This document shows positions 22,635 through 35,175 of a DNA stretch of 39,399 bases, in pieces. How positions within the stretch are numbered: position 1 is the stretch's first letter; each line of letters starts with the position of its first letter. The notes under the pieces are model-generated. The model was not told the origin of the DNA and did not search any database. It saw only the letters and a program-made list of their open reading frames with translations. The position numbers were made by a program, and so were the translations under genes. The DNA comes from Paraglomus brasilianum (lineage: Eukaryota), in the NCBI GenBank assembly GCA_910592345.1, contig CAJVPI010000246.1:1-39399 (forward strand), given 5' to 3'.

Positions 22635-23706
22635 CCCGGTTTTTCTTATAAAATAGATTTAGATAGAAGAAATAATGCAAAGACCGTCGAAGTAATATGA
22701 TATAGCAATTGAAATATGAACGTATGGTAGTCTCATATCACTTGAAACTTTGGAATTGGGAATTGGGTAGTAATAGCAATGATAAACCATATTCGCGCCA
22801 ATTGATAGTTTTATGCGCCGCCTTGTGCCACAATTTTTTTGCGGGGGACAAATTATTTGCCACAGTCTTTTGTGAGTGTTATGCCACAATCAACAAGTTC
22901 GTATACAGGTAACAGTCACATGAACATAGAAACAGGTAAACATATCAGGATGTAACACTATTTTGGATAATGATAGTAATAGTTATAATTATAATACTGT
23001 AGTATACGAACGTTATCAACACCCTTATATTGAATACTGAAACGATTTAGCAAAAGTGAAAGATGAAGACTAAAAATTCGTCACGATCGAATGATTTATT
23101 TTAAGTAAAATAGTGGCGCCTTCGCGATTTAAATGCGGGAGCATATGAGAAGATACTATTACTATTGTCTTTTATGAGATAAAGAATGTTCCAGTATGCA
23201 ACAATAATTACAGGAATTAAGAGATTTCTTATGGTAAGTTATGAAACTATTAATTAATAGGACATTCGTGTTCGAATGCCTCCGCTGTGTTCGTATATTC
23301 TTGAAACATAACAGATTTATCGAACATCGAGTGCCTAAAGAGTTTGAGCAATCAAAGTACAATTAATTAGCTTTGAGAAAAAACATCCGGCAATTCCGTA
23401 GAACACGTCGGTCACTTGTAGTCTCACTTTTTTTTCCGGTGGAGTTGCAAGTAACTATCTGATCGTACCTCATTACCCTGTTAACAAACTGAGGCTCATA
23501 CATTATTATTCATTATGTTATTACATACTTGAAGTAGAGATTTAACAATGCCTCATCTAGCGTATGTTGCCGTAGTCTACAGCTGCCAAGATCAATTTCT
23601 CTACCATTCCTATCAGTGTAACGTGTAAATACGGTAGAAATATTAATGTTAATGAAGTCATCTTGTGACGTGTAGATGACAAGCAATTACTATGGTTGTT
23701 CAAAAC

Positions 23707-23815
23707 GGGAGGCAATCATTTCATCGACAATCATTTCACCGACAAATATTTACCAACATCCTTTTTTAGTGGTTAATTGTCGGTGAAATGATTGTCGACG
23801 AAATAATACGGACCC
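23707..23815. mobile_element. 109-bp MITE with 39-bp TIRs and a 9-bp TSD (Mutator/MULE-like)
   Basis: GTTCAAAAC is duplicated at 23698-23706 and 23816-23824. The termini are GGG...CCC and the TIRs match at 32/39 positions, including an internal CAATCATTTCAYCGA doublet. Confidence 0.85.
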
Positions 23816-24479
23816 GTTCAAAACAATATACTTGCTTGCAACAGAGTTCCTACGGCTAGCAAACCTTATTCTACATCAATAATCTCTTTCTTTATATTCA
23901 TAGACAATAAACTGTAACAATCTGGAGATCTGTTCGACGTTCTTTATCAGCGTTAGTTGTCACCGCTTATTTGACATGGTCCTCGCCCATTTTTCACCCG
24001 TACAAGCAACTAAACAATTTGGCTCTACACTGGTCTTTTTTTGGTTGCTAACACTTTTCCGTCCTGTTCACCAGCAGAGTATTTATTTATTTATACGTTA
24101 CTCCATCGTCCTGACTACCTTTACTTCCTGATCTTAAATTTACAGTCAATATTAGTAATCATAGATGCAATAATTCGTATCACAATGCGTTTGTCGACAA
24201 ATTTATTTACTTTAGCAAACAGAGCTGACAGGATTATGGCGTGCTGTTAGTCTTAATTGACGTACATTTTGTTTATCAGAATAACGGTAGTAACAAACGC
24301 TCTGAACCTGACATTTGCTACAGCCTCGTAATTGTGTTTAAGTTTATGCGACTTGTGTCACGTTTTGTATCACATACCCTGAAGATATTCTTGTGCATTG
24401 TGCCACAATAAACGAACCCAAACCTGGTACAGGTATGCACAATTAATATAGAAAAATAATTTCACTTTTCTTATCGATA

Positions 24480-27400
24480 ATGATCTCTTCCAACGACTCC
24501 TCTAATCTCTCGACTTCGCCAAAGTCACTCTCAATACATGCTTCTTCATCCCCTCTAAATGAAAAACCATGGATTCAGCAACAATTTATTACTCCACCTA
24601 CCACGCCTTTACCATTCCCTCCACCTCTCACTCGGGAGATGTTTGCAATCGACAATTTCGATGCCGACACTTTTCTAGCAAACAGACGACATTTAACCCT
24701 CGATGAGCTGAAGCGCGAACTGAATGGACATTTAAAGAGTTTAAAGAACGTACTTGTTGAACTGATCAACAAAGATTACTCGAGCTTTGTCGACCTCTCG
24801 ACAAATTTGAAGGGGGTAGACAAGGTTATTGAGGAGATTGCTAGTCCATTGGTGAAGATAAGAGAGCAAGTCCAGGTGAGCAAATAAAATTGAAAAGGAC
24901 GAATTGGGGATAGTGAGTGATCTGTAGACTGACTGTACGAGACCGGTTGGCTAGGGAGTTAGATCGACTATGCAACAAGTAGTGAATGAATTGGAGAGCA
25001 AATTAGCGCTTCGAGCTTCAATCAGAGAGAAGAAAGCCGCATTGCAACTGCTCATCAATATCCACGAATCGGTGAGAAAGGTTGAGGTGCTCTTGTTGAT
25101 TAACAGTGAGAATGGGTCATCTTTATTGTCGGACAATGGAAGGTTTGTTAGCCTATAATTTATTTGCTGATTATCCTTAACAATTCCGTTATTAATATTG
25201 ATTGACATTATCCGATGTATAAGCGGAGGCAACGCGAAGCAGATTGAGAGAGTAGCAGTAGAGTTTAACCAGATGCAATATTTGGTAAACAGAGGTCAAG
25301 GTTTAGCGTTCGTTGAAAATATTGACTGGGTAAAGTTCATATGCTGCCGTTTTTATTTAAACACTATCAGAGACCAATTATATTTATAATTTTGTTTAGC
25401 GGATTAAAAGAATTAAAGAAACTCTGCGTACAAATCTCACTGCTGCTCTTCGATCGGCTTTACAAGGCATAAAGAACAATTCTAATTATGCGTCTTCCAG
25501 AGACACTCTAACCCAGATTCTCAGAACTTATGCTTTGATAGACCAGACAGCAGCAGCCGAAGAGGTGATTAGGGAGGAACTTGTGGCTCCATTTGTTGCT
25601 GAGGTAATGAGAAACAGAAGGATGTATCACGTAGCTTATTTATTCCGAACCGATATTTTATTACTAATTTATATAAATGTTTAATTATTTATCCCCACTT
25701 TAAGACAGCCAGTAAACAATTTCTTGAGAATCCACTTACGTCGACTCCTTCGGTTATGCCCTCAACTTTATCCTTCCCAGCTGCTAAAGTTCTCGTTTCA
25801 TCAAAAGAGCCGCTTGCTATAATGTATAGCAAGATACTGAGTTTCATTAGTAATGATTGTTATGTACTCATTGAAATCACTAAGAAAGTTCTCAAGAGTA
25901 CTAGTTACGAGATTCTAGTAAATTCTGTGTGGACTGAAGTTGTGGACACAATATTAAAGAAATTGGGTGTAATATTTAATGCCGGAAATCCGAATACATT
26001 TCACAAGGTAGTTTACGTTATCTCTCTCTTCGACGTGTGTGCGGCATGGCTTTGTGTACATTGGTGACCATTCAGTATTTTCGATGCTCAGAATTACACA
26101 ATATCAATGGGTTTTGTCTCGGGTGTTGAAAGCATGTGCTCTTCGAAGAAATCTCTGTTATATCTGAGAAATCATAATTCATATGTTGAATATATGAAGA
26201 GATGGCAACTTGCTGTATACTTTCAGTTGAGGTTGGTATTGGAATATTGTAAACATCAGCACTGGGTGTTTGTCACGTATGCATAATACTTATTTGTGTG
26301 TACATTGAATAATGAGTGAACAGATTCAGAGAGATTTCAATTCAAGTTGAGGATGTTCTCGGTTCAGGGTTGGAATTGAGTGCGACTGGGTTTTCGAATT
26401 CTGCCGTATTCAAGTTTCCTGCCAGTAGGACTATCATGGCAGCCATCCAAAGATGTTGGGCAGATGATATTTTTATATACGGCTTATCGCATCGGTTTTG
26501 GAAATTGACTCTACAGGTAACTATACAGATAAGAGCTGAATTTCAACATGATTTGATTGTTCTCATTTATGATAATTGATTGCGAATTAACGATACCGGT
26601 TTATATTGATAGCTGCTACAACGTTATAAACACTGGATATTGAATGCTATAAACGAATTGAATGATGCAAATTTAAACAAGAATAACAAGGATAACACAT
26701 CAAGTGCTGTAATTGCAGATGCTACAGATGAACAGCTCTTACGATTGCTCACAGCAGTTGCGTTCGATATTGAGAATATACACGATAAGGTTCGTAATTT
26801 CGATAAAGGCCACAACTATTTAATAGCTAAATGATTGAACACCACATACCTTTTTTATGGTAGGTCAAATTATTCTATGGTGACACAATTCTTCTCAAAC
26901 TTCCAACATTAATGGCTGATGAGCCTATTATCGAAGGTAAATTATCAATTATTAACAATAAGCAATCTTCCATATCTAATGTAACTCACCGTCCACGTTT
27001 TCAACAGACTCTATAACATCTCCCTTAATAACACTCAGAGATACTCTTCTTCCCGATCTCACCAACCAGATAACAACGATACTGACAAAGCAATGCTCAG
27101 AAATTCTCCATCATGTCCGGAGCATTACCCAACAATACAGACATACAAACAAGAAAGCCCCTACCGAAGCTAGTGATTTTGTTCCGCATATAATGAAGCC
27201 ACTGGTTACATATACGGTTGCGAATAAAGCGATATTAACCGAGAAGACAAGAAAGACAGGGAGTTTAATTGTTGCTGAAGCTGTTGCTACGAGGTTACTA
27301 TGGATACTCAAGTATTGTTGTAGCGTATCGTACAGCCAATTGCCTAACTAGATATGTTCGCTTTCGAAATACATTGTTAGATATTGCAATCGTGCAAGCG

Positions 27401-27753
27401 AACTACTGACATCGCTAAAAAAAACCGAAGAAGCATTAAAACGCCTGAAGAAAGGAAAATCAGCTAAAGCAACTGCTACTAATACGTTGTTTTCATCATT
27501 CCTGAGCGATGACTCTGGAATGAGTGATGAGGATAAGATAAGATTGCAGATTTTGTTAGATGTCAAACAATTTGGAAAAGAGGTAAGAAGATTTGTCAGT
27601 TAAGGCTGAGATTAAAGGACTTGAGCTTATTCATGTATTATCAATGTCATGTTTCATTAGTTGATGAACTTGGAAATCGACCCAGAACAACTTGAAGGAT
27701 ACAATGAACTGTACAAACTTGTTGAGCCATTTGGTAAATACAACACGTCTTGA
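24480..27753 (+). CDS. COG2: Conserved oligomeric Golgi complex subunit 2; 12 exons (24480-24875, 24955-25142, 25224-25329, 25400-25603, 25705-26007, 26092-26231, 26324-26516, 26613-26789, 26864-26936, 27008-27293, 27381-27582, 27661-27753)
   Basis: Contains FDADTFL...LVELINKDYSSFVDLSTNL (COG2 N-domain), PNTFHKNY, KRWQLAVYFQLRF, HRFWKLTLQ and SDEDKIRLQILLDV. Confidence 0.92.
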
Positions 27754-28107
27754 TTATCGTCCTTTATCGATCGCTTTATATTGATCTGTCCCAATTCGGG
27801 ACTTTTTTTTTATTCCCTAGAAATCTTCCTCCAATAATTTAATGCAATAAATTATGCAATATTTTCATAGAATATAGAAATAGAATAAAAAGGTTTGACG
27901 ACATTATTGTGGATAACCGTCGATTTTGCATCTAGTGACAGATTTTCATCTACAGAGAAAGAGAAAATGTAGAATTCTACTTTGAATTCTTGATCAAACG
28001 GATATATAAATAAGTGAGTTGAGAGTGAATATAAGTGATGCATTATGCAGATGCAATATTAATTCCATAAATCTACTATGTAACATTGATGTTTATATAC
28101 ATATGTA

Positions 28108-30828
28108 CTACATTGCGATAGCATATTCAACGTTTTCCTCACTCTCTGCCTCCTCATTCCCCTTGTTTGCTGCATCACCCTTCCCGACCAGACCATTAAG
28201 CTCGTCTACAGCCATACCGACAATGTAATTCTGACTTCCTTCTCCATGGGGCAAAATGGCTTCCTGAGATGAGTTGGACGGATTTACTGTCCGCATAAAG
28301 TTCGAAAGATCAATGTTCGATTGAGTGACTTGAGCGAGGGAAGCACGGAGTTCAGGACCAAATGGACAAGAGTGAGAGATTGCTTGGGCCAAGCGAACCA
28401 GTTTTATTGTTGTCTTGAGAATGAGAAATTTTGAAGAGAATGGGTTAGCGATTTGAAATACCGTAGATTTACTGCCTGCTCATGTCGATATTCATAACAA
28501 AGTTCTTATTTGTACTTACTTGGAGAAAAGCCACAATATCCTCGTGTATAGTAGCAAGCTCCTCTTTACCATTTCTTGCTGCAATCTGCAACTTCTTCAA
28601 CTTTCTAGCGACATCTTTGCTATGCTCAATATGAGCATTTAACTCCTTCACAGCGGGCTTCACATCAGATGGTTGTGGTAATGGATCATCAAATCTTGCT
28701 GCTAGAACTATATCACTTAATGGTTGCCACACTTTCTCTACCGCTGATATTGACACTTCGATCTTAGACAACAATATATCTGTGATAGGAACGAACGACA
28801 CGTGCGCACTAATTCCTACTGGTGTCAGTCCAGCAGAATATGGCGTTGCTGAGTATGGTGCCGCCGAATATGGTGCTGCCGAGTATGGTGCTGCCGAATA
28901 TGGCGCCGCCGAATATGGATACGCGTATGATGTCCCCCCACTGCTGCTGTTTGAACGGGACATTGATCTAGCCCGAAATTGTGCCGTTCCTGTGTACGGG
29001 GTATAATCGGTAAGGAGAGGTGATATCATCTCCCAGGCAAATTTTACTTCCGCAATTGATCCATGAAGCATCAATAATAAAGTTCGAGAGTAGCGTAAGT
29101 GTTCCAAAGATTGGGTAACTGTTTTCAGTTCTTTCTGAAAATAATTAATCAGTAATCTAAATGAGTTTACATTATGGCTACATGCTTCAAGCAGTAGGGC
29201 AGAAGTCTCTGAATCAGGACGTTGATGCATCGCACAATCATCAAATCGTTCTAGAGCAATCATTAGCTGTTCCATGCGTTTTTTAGCATCGAATAGGTTA
29301 TTCGTGAACAGTTTTTCGTATCCAGTAAACGTGACAAATTGTTGAAGAGCCTTGTATACTTGTGAAAGTGCGTATAGAATGTTCCTACCAGCTTCTCTTA
29401 GAGCTATATCACTTGTGTGTAAGTGATCTGTCAGGGGAAGATTTTTTAATTTTAAGAAATATCCATCACCACCCCTGTCGATTTCGTTCTGTCCATTCGA
29501 AGCGTTATATGAGCTAATAGAATCTGTAGAGTAGCTTTTTGCATGGTGTGTTTGTTGTACTGATTGTAGTGGCTGTAATGGCTGCAGTGGTTGTCGAAAT
29601 TGATCGTAACTGTCGTTGCTGTAGCTGCGATCGCGACGAGTGGACTCGATAGATAATTTTGGTGGTAAAACGCGTTTGCGTTCTTGTTTGGAGATTACTT
29701 CGTTGGTTTCTGCTATTGGCTTAAGAGAATTTGGTGGTTCGGCAGGAATGCGTGATGTGACCAAATGAGACAGAGATTCAGTTGACATATTCTTCTTAAG
29801 TTGTCTGGACATGTATTCGATTTCGAGCACTTCATCGTCACTAGTCTCTTCACTTTCTGCTGCTTCTTGTGCTAACCGCTCCGTAGATGAGCCTGTTGGG
29901 ATTTTGTGTTGTAGACGAATTCAGCGATAAGTGCACTCAGAATAATATTCAATGTATTGTATAACCTGCCTTGTTCATGCTGTCTCAGGTAGTGCTTCAA
30001 TTGAGTTAACCATCGAGACATGGCATCCTTCTCGTCTTTTGGCATAATACTGATAGTTTTTGGTGGAAATACTAGTGGATTGCTGTCTATTTTCAAATAT
30101 TCCAGATCGGCCATATTTGCTATGTATGTTGGTAAACTTCGTAATTGATTGTTTGATATTTTTAACGCCTTCATCGGTTATCATGTCGTGGTTAGCTAAA
30201 ACATGTTTAAATGCATTACGTGATAATAACAGACATGATGGCATACCCTCAATGACATTAATTTATTGAAACTTCTTGGCATGCTTTTTATTTTGTTCTT
30301 GCTGATATCTAAAATCTCGAGGTTTGGCATGTCACATAGCTAAAGCATAAAAGGTATATTGAATGTAAATAAGATTATTTAATGAAATTAGATTCTCTAT
30401 ATCTGTTATAAATTTCCTCTTTTCGTAACAGATCAAATCACGTAGACTTTTATACTACTTACTACAGCAGGAAATACTTTAAATTGGTTGTTCGAGATAT
30501 TTAAATATCTCAACTGTGTCCAAGCAGTTATTCCTAGAGGTAGCTCGGCCAATTGATTTTGTTCCAATCCTAGTCTAATATTGTATAGGGATCGAAGCGA
30601 ATAACAATAATTTGTTCAGTTCATATGAATACCAATACATCTTCATAGTGTAGTGCCACGATAGTTAAACTTATTCACGTACTTCTCGGTGCGTGACCTT
30701 TCTATTAATTCTATAACCTCATCCGGCATCTGACTAATTCGCTTCGCAACGAGCCTGAGACTAGTTGGATCGTCCACATTATGTGCTTCGTTGACGAGTT
30801 TAACAAGCCGTTGGACTTCATCTTCCAT
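28108..30828 (-). CDS. SOG2: RAM/MOR-network leucine-rich-repeat protein Sog2; exons 30828-30683, 30574-30463, 30339-30247, 30168-29970, 29892-28520, 28413-28108
   Basis: The N-terminal LRRs read LGLEQNQLAELP, LRYLNISNNQF, LEILDISKNKIKSMP and LEYLKIDSNPLVFPP. The C-terminal helical region has ILYALSQVY and YSRTLLLMLHGSIAEV, typical of the SOG2 domain. The start codon is not verified. Confidence 0.82.
28833..28918 (-). repeat. Coding 15-bp tandem repeat, about 6 copies (PYSAA)
   Basis: Encodes PYSAA PYSAA PYSAA PYSAA PYSAT PYSAG, with synonymous variation between units. Confidence 0.92.
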
Positions 30829-31199
30829 TATATGGATACAGATTTAATACTTTCGAACAGTTTGTACTATTGCAAAGTGTATTCGTCTATAGAAATCGAG
30901 TCTGTGCTACTACTTTACATTGCAGTTCCGGGATTGGCAACAAGGGCCATACCAAAATTCAATGACACCCCTGTAACATCACTACCAAAATTAAATATAT
31001 TTTGAAAGTCTGATTCTATCAGTTTGAATTACTCATTTCTAATTTCCAGGAATTTACAAGGTAAGCGACTACATTTTTAGTCATTCCGTCCTTTTTTATT
31101 AGCTCTTGAGGTTCACAATGTTTATTTAATATGCTCATCTTCAAGTCCACCAGCAAAAATCATACATTTAATGGCATTGAATATGATATTAGCAAAGAA

Positions 31200-31835
31200 A
31201 ATGTGAATGCATGTGTGTGGATACTTGGGATATATTATTACCTCCAAAAATACAGGATTCGTTCAAATATAAGAGCTGGCTATTCATTATAGTATTCCAT
31301 TCAATATCATCATAAACACTTGCATAACGAGAATCGCAAAAATCTTTCAACGATGATGGCTTCTTAAGATGGCGGTACTGTGGTAATCTATGTCTGCTTG
31401 AGCGAAGACATCCAGAAGAGTCCAGAAAAGAGATTCCAAATCGTCGCGCGATGATAAGTATACGTGCTTCGTTTCCCATTAATGGGAAATATATAAAGGT
31501 GTGCATGAGAAGTCATCTTCATCCGTATCCTGTTGATGTTCCGATCGATAATATAAGCCAGATTTCTATCACCTCACGTACAACAACCATGTTCTTTGGA
31601 TTAATATCTCGATGAAATACACCATAATTATGCACAGTTTGTAAATGTAGTCAAGATATCCTTGAACAATGCCAGTGTCGTTGTTGCATCACCGAGTTCA
31701 ACTATCGGAACTAAGCAAGGCGTCAATTCAAAATTGCTGATGGTGGTAGTCGAAAACGCTCGTATTCTTTTAAAGTATTGCCGCCTCACAGCAATGACTC
31801 TGGTCACGTTTATGTCTATCTTCAGCGCTATTCAC
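31200..31835 (-). pseudogene. Decayed protein kinase (FunK1/fungal-kinase-like); boundaries approximate
   Basis: Kinase motifs appear in the correct order across frameshifts and stops: IALK (31831-31820), EAAIL*, VHNYGVFHRDINPKN (HRD..N at 31614-31591), AYIID, CTPLYIS and SRDDLESLFWTLL (from 31451). Confidence 0.8.
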
Positions 31836-33463
31836 TACACCAGAAATCACCCATGCTTTGCGACCATAACCGTGACGGATTATTTTCTAGCTTAATTAAC
31901 CCACATTTGCTTTACTCTTGGCATCGCTCCATTCTCTCCACTCAGCAAACGGAATTTAGCCGAGTCTTTAGAATCGCATTCTGTGCAGCGTTTACCACGA
32001 AGTAAACGCACCGAAAATAGCTGAAATCTACGCTGCTTTTATATCTTTCGAAAAGACTGATTGATCTAATTTTAGCTACTGCGACGTTTATTGGCGTGAT
32101 GACTGTCAATATCAATGCGTGGGCTTGTGTGATGTGAAAATGAATTTCGTACTAAGTAGCATAGATAATAGAGTCTAATTGTTGTGTCGCGACGCGCAGA
32201 AATCTAGTACGAGGAATACGTCGTCACATAGACTAATATCTATCAGGTTAAAACTAAGAATTTGGAAGATGAAGATTTTGTCAAAGCAGCCAAGGAGAAC
32301 TATTTGCGACAAACAACACCAGATGAATTGATAGTGAATTTCTTTTATATGATCTAAGCTTATGATATTAGTGTTATGTAGTCTAGTTCTTTTTGTATGT
32401 TCTTGAAAGGATAAAAAAGGAGTTAATTGGCCGCTGGATGTCAGGCCAACTACCACGGGAAAGCATTCAGTAATTGGCCTTGGTATTTAGCTATTTAAAT
32501 CTAGACTTGCCTAACCTCTACTCCTGCTTAAAAGTTGGTGACCTTTAAATTACTCACAATTCGTACGTTTGGTCTTGTTAATCGCAAAACGCGTTTATTA
32601 TTAGAATAATTAACAATCGTATTCAGCCAATTCCTAGATTCGATGGACAAGATCGAATCTACGCAGCGATTTGGAACCTGCGGTTTACGGCAATCAAATC
32701 ACTGGAGAGGCCAGGTATTTTAAGTATATTATTTATTATATGAATGATAAACTAATAGTACAAGTAAGGAACGTTTAGATTCAAGAACGGGAATCCAAAC
32801 TGTAGCTGATAATAATGTTAGCTAGCGAAAATACCACCGCTTATATAGCTTCTATAGTTTCAATAACTAATATCTATTAAATAATATTAAATATACAGTA
32901 CGTTGGCGTTATCGATTTAATGTAGCGAAAGCCTAAAGCTTGAGTAACCCATTAACCGTTATCTGTTGCACTCTGTTATCCATATTACCAATGTCTGCGG
33001 CTTGGAGGAATATGTCACTATTATTATGCAATACTATGAAAATTATTCTTTCAAATCAAAATGTTGATAAATTAAATACGTCGCGCAAGTCGGATACTTC
33101 GCAATTATGCTGTTATCAACTTTTGAATAGAACGCGCCAAATTAAAGATAACATTTCTTAGGCAGCACAACTGAAATATAGGAACCGTTTATTGTATTAA
33201 TGGACGAAGCTCAATTCATAAATTATGACATAAAGTATAAAAAATTTCCCCTTACATAGTGTCAAAATAATAAACTGTACTATATGATCTGATTATACCA
33301 CGTGTTATATTATATTAAATTCGGCATTACTTGGGTATTTATATTCGTCATCATAAATTTGTGTATTTTTCATTTACTGAATCATTTCCTTGTTCTAAAA
33401 CTTTTTATACATTTAACTATTTGATGAGAATTTAGCTGTTTTCAAAATGGTGCGAAATTGTCT

Positions 33464-34271
33464 CTACCAAAACAAATTAGAATCCAAATTGTAATAAGTC
33501 GATTCTGCATTATCCGGAGACTGCGTCCGAGTAATATCGATTATCCAATCATTTTCTGGTGTTAATATCGTCGGATATTCTTCGATCAACTACACAACGT
33601 AACAATGAGAGTCATAAGTCATGTAAAAAACTTTTAATAAAAAAGCGGATTGTATTGAGATGTCATTACGGGATAGTATAATAATATGCATCGAGCATCC
33701 GAGGGATTTTCGGCCGTTGAAGCAGTAGCCGAGAAATTATCGACCGTTGGAGTCTCAGTCGAGAAATTTGTAATCGCTGAAGTCGCAGCGGGTGCAACTG
33801 ATAATATAAACAGAAAGGAGCACATGAATAACTCTGGTGTTTCTACTTTATACGTTTGATTGGCTAATGTTAATGAATACTTAAAGTGAACGCACAAACA
33901 GTCTAGTTAATTTGTATCAATATTGTGTTCTAATTATCTTTATAACGATGTACAATGCTCTTACTCTGTCTCGAATGCAACGACTCCATATCAATACTTG
34001 AACCTCTTCTTCTTTTTCTTTGTTTGTGTTTTTCTATACGATGTTGTAATTTAATTAATGTTTTTTCGATAAGTTCTATTTGTTCTGACACACGTTGTTT
34101 GTAATTTTTTTGGGGCCCACGTTTTTTGATCGGTTCCACAAATTCGCACACGCGATTCTGCCTCTCGCAGCCATCACACGGTGCGACACCCGTGCATCTG
34201 ATTCGCCGCACTTGACAGCCTATACATGCTGTTGTGACTTTTTGACGTATGGGAGTCGCGGTTTCAGACAT
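33464..34271 (-). CDS. Small Zn(II)2Cys6 zinc-cluster transcription factor; exons 34271-33965, 33797 (or 33902)-33670, 33589-33464
   Basis: ACIGCQVRRIRCTGVAPCDGCERQNRVCEF followed by KKRGP and a coiled coil. The downstream exons are joined by in-phase GT-AG introns; the first acceptor is ambiguous. Confidence 0.8.
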
Positions 34272-35152
34272 TTGGGAGAAAGGTTGTCGAAAACTATGGG
34301 TGGTAAAAAGCAAATTCCGAGGATTGGAGGAAGACAATTTTTTTTCACATCTTTTCTCGCTTAAACTCTTTATATGCTTTTTCTTTCACAACAGTTACTT
34401 TATTTGACGTATCCTGCCTGCTACTCAAACCTGTTTTGGTGTTGCATACGACAAGTATAGAATTGAATATCTGAAGCTTAGAAGGTTACAGACATTCTTT
34501 GTTGGGTTCCAAATTTCTTTATGCCGATTCCAAAAAATTTACTTCCCATGTACAAGGCAAAATATAGCAGTACTTTGAGCACAGGTTTTTGGTTTCTCTC
34601 CGTTCATTGGTATATAACCCAAGACATTTAATTGGTGCGTATTATGGGTTGGGCTGCAATTGTGACATGGTAACATCTGGCTACAGTATCCAAATACCCA
34701 AATTGACTTCATAAAAAAATCCAGTAATTTCTAAGTGTTTAAGTTTACAGCCACGTTTGTTATTTAATTAATGCAAATATACATTAGCATTTAGAAAGAA
34801 AGAAAAAAGTTTACAGTATTAATTTACACCAATGTTTAATATTAATGAATTCAAACTTGGACTGCACCCGATATTTCGGTGATGCAATTCTCCAACGTTA
34901 TAATATTGTTCGAAGTTATTGATTGCTTTACACCTCTTCTTTAATGCTCGCTTCTCGGAGGTATGACTGTGATGAATGAAGCATTTATGAACAGCTGCTG
35001 GAAATAGATATATAATAGGTAGCGAGTCAACAATAACAATGGAGAGCGAAAGAATGCTTTTGTACTCTTCTGTTTATATAAATGAATAAATCAAGTTAAT
35101 GCGTTGTTGTTTTCTATAAAAGGTTGCTTCGTAACCGAATCATTTTCGTGAG

Positions 35153-35175
35153 GTTGTTGTTGTTGTTGTTGTTGT
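35153..35175 (+). repeat. (GTT)7 microsatellite
   Basis: Read directly from the sequence. Confidence 0.9.

Noticed and set aside
27603..27640. TPP riboswitch in the last COG2 intron (GCTGAGATT...)
   Set aside because: It lacks the GAACTTGATCTGGATAATACCAGCG core, and the host gene is unrelated to thiamine.
17048..27753. Functional cluster of trafficking genes (Rab-GAP, OSBP, COG2)
   Set aside because: These are large, common gene classes, and adjacency alone does not show co-regulation.
28782..29006. Antisense ORF with AEYGA repeats
   Set aside because: It is the shadow of the SOG2 coding repeat on the opposite strand.
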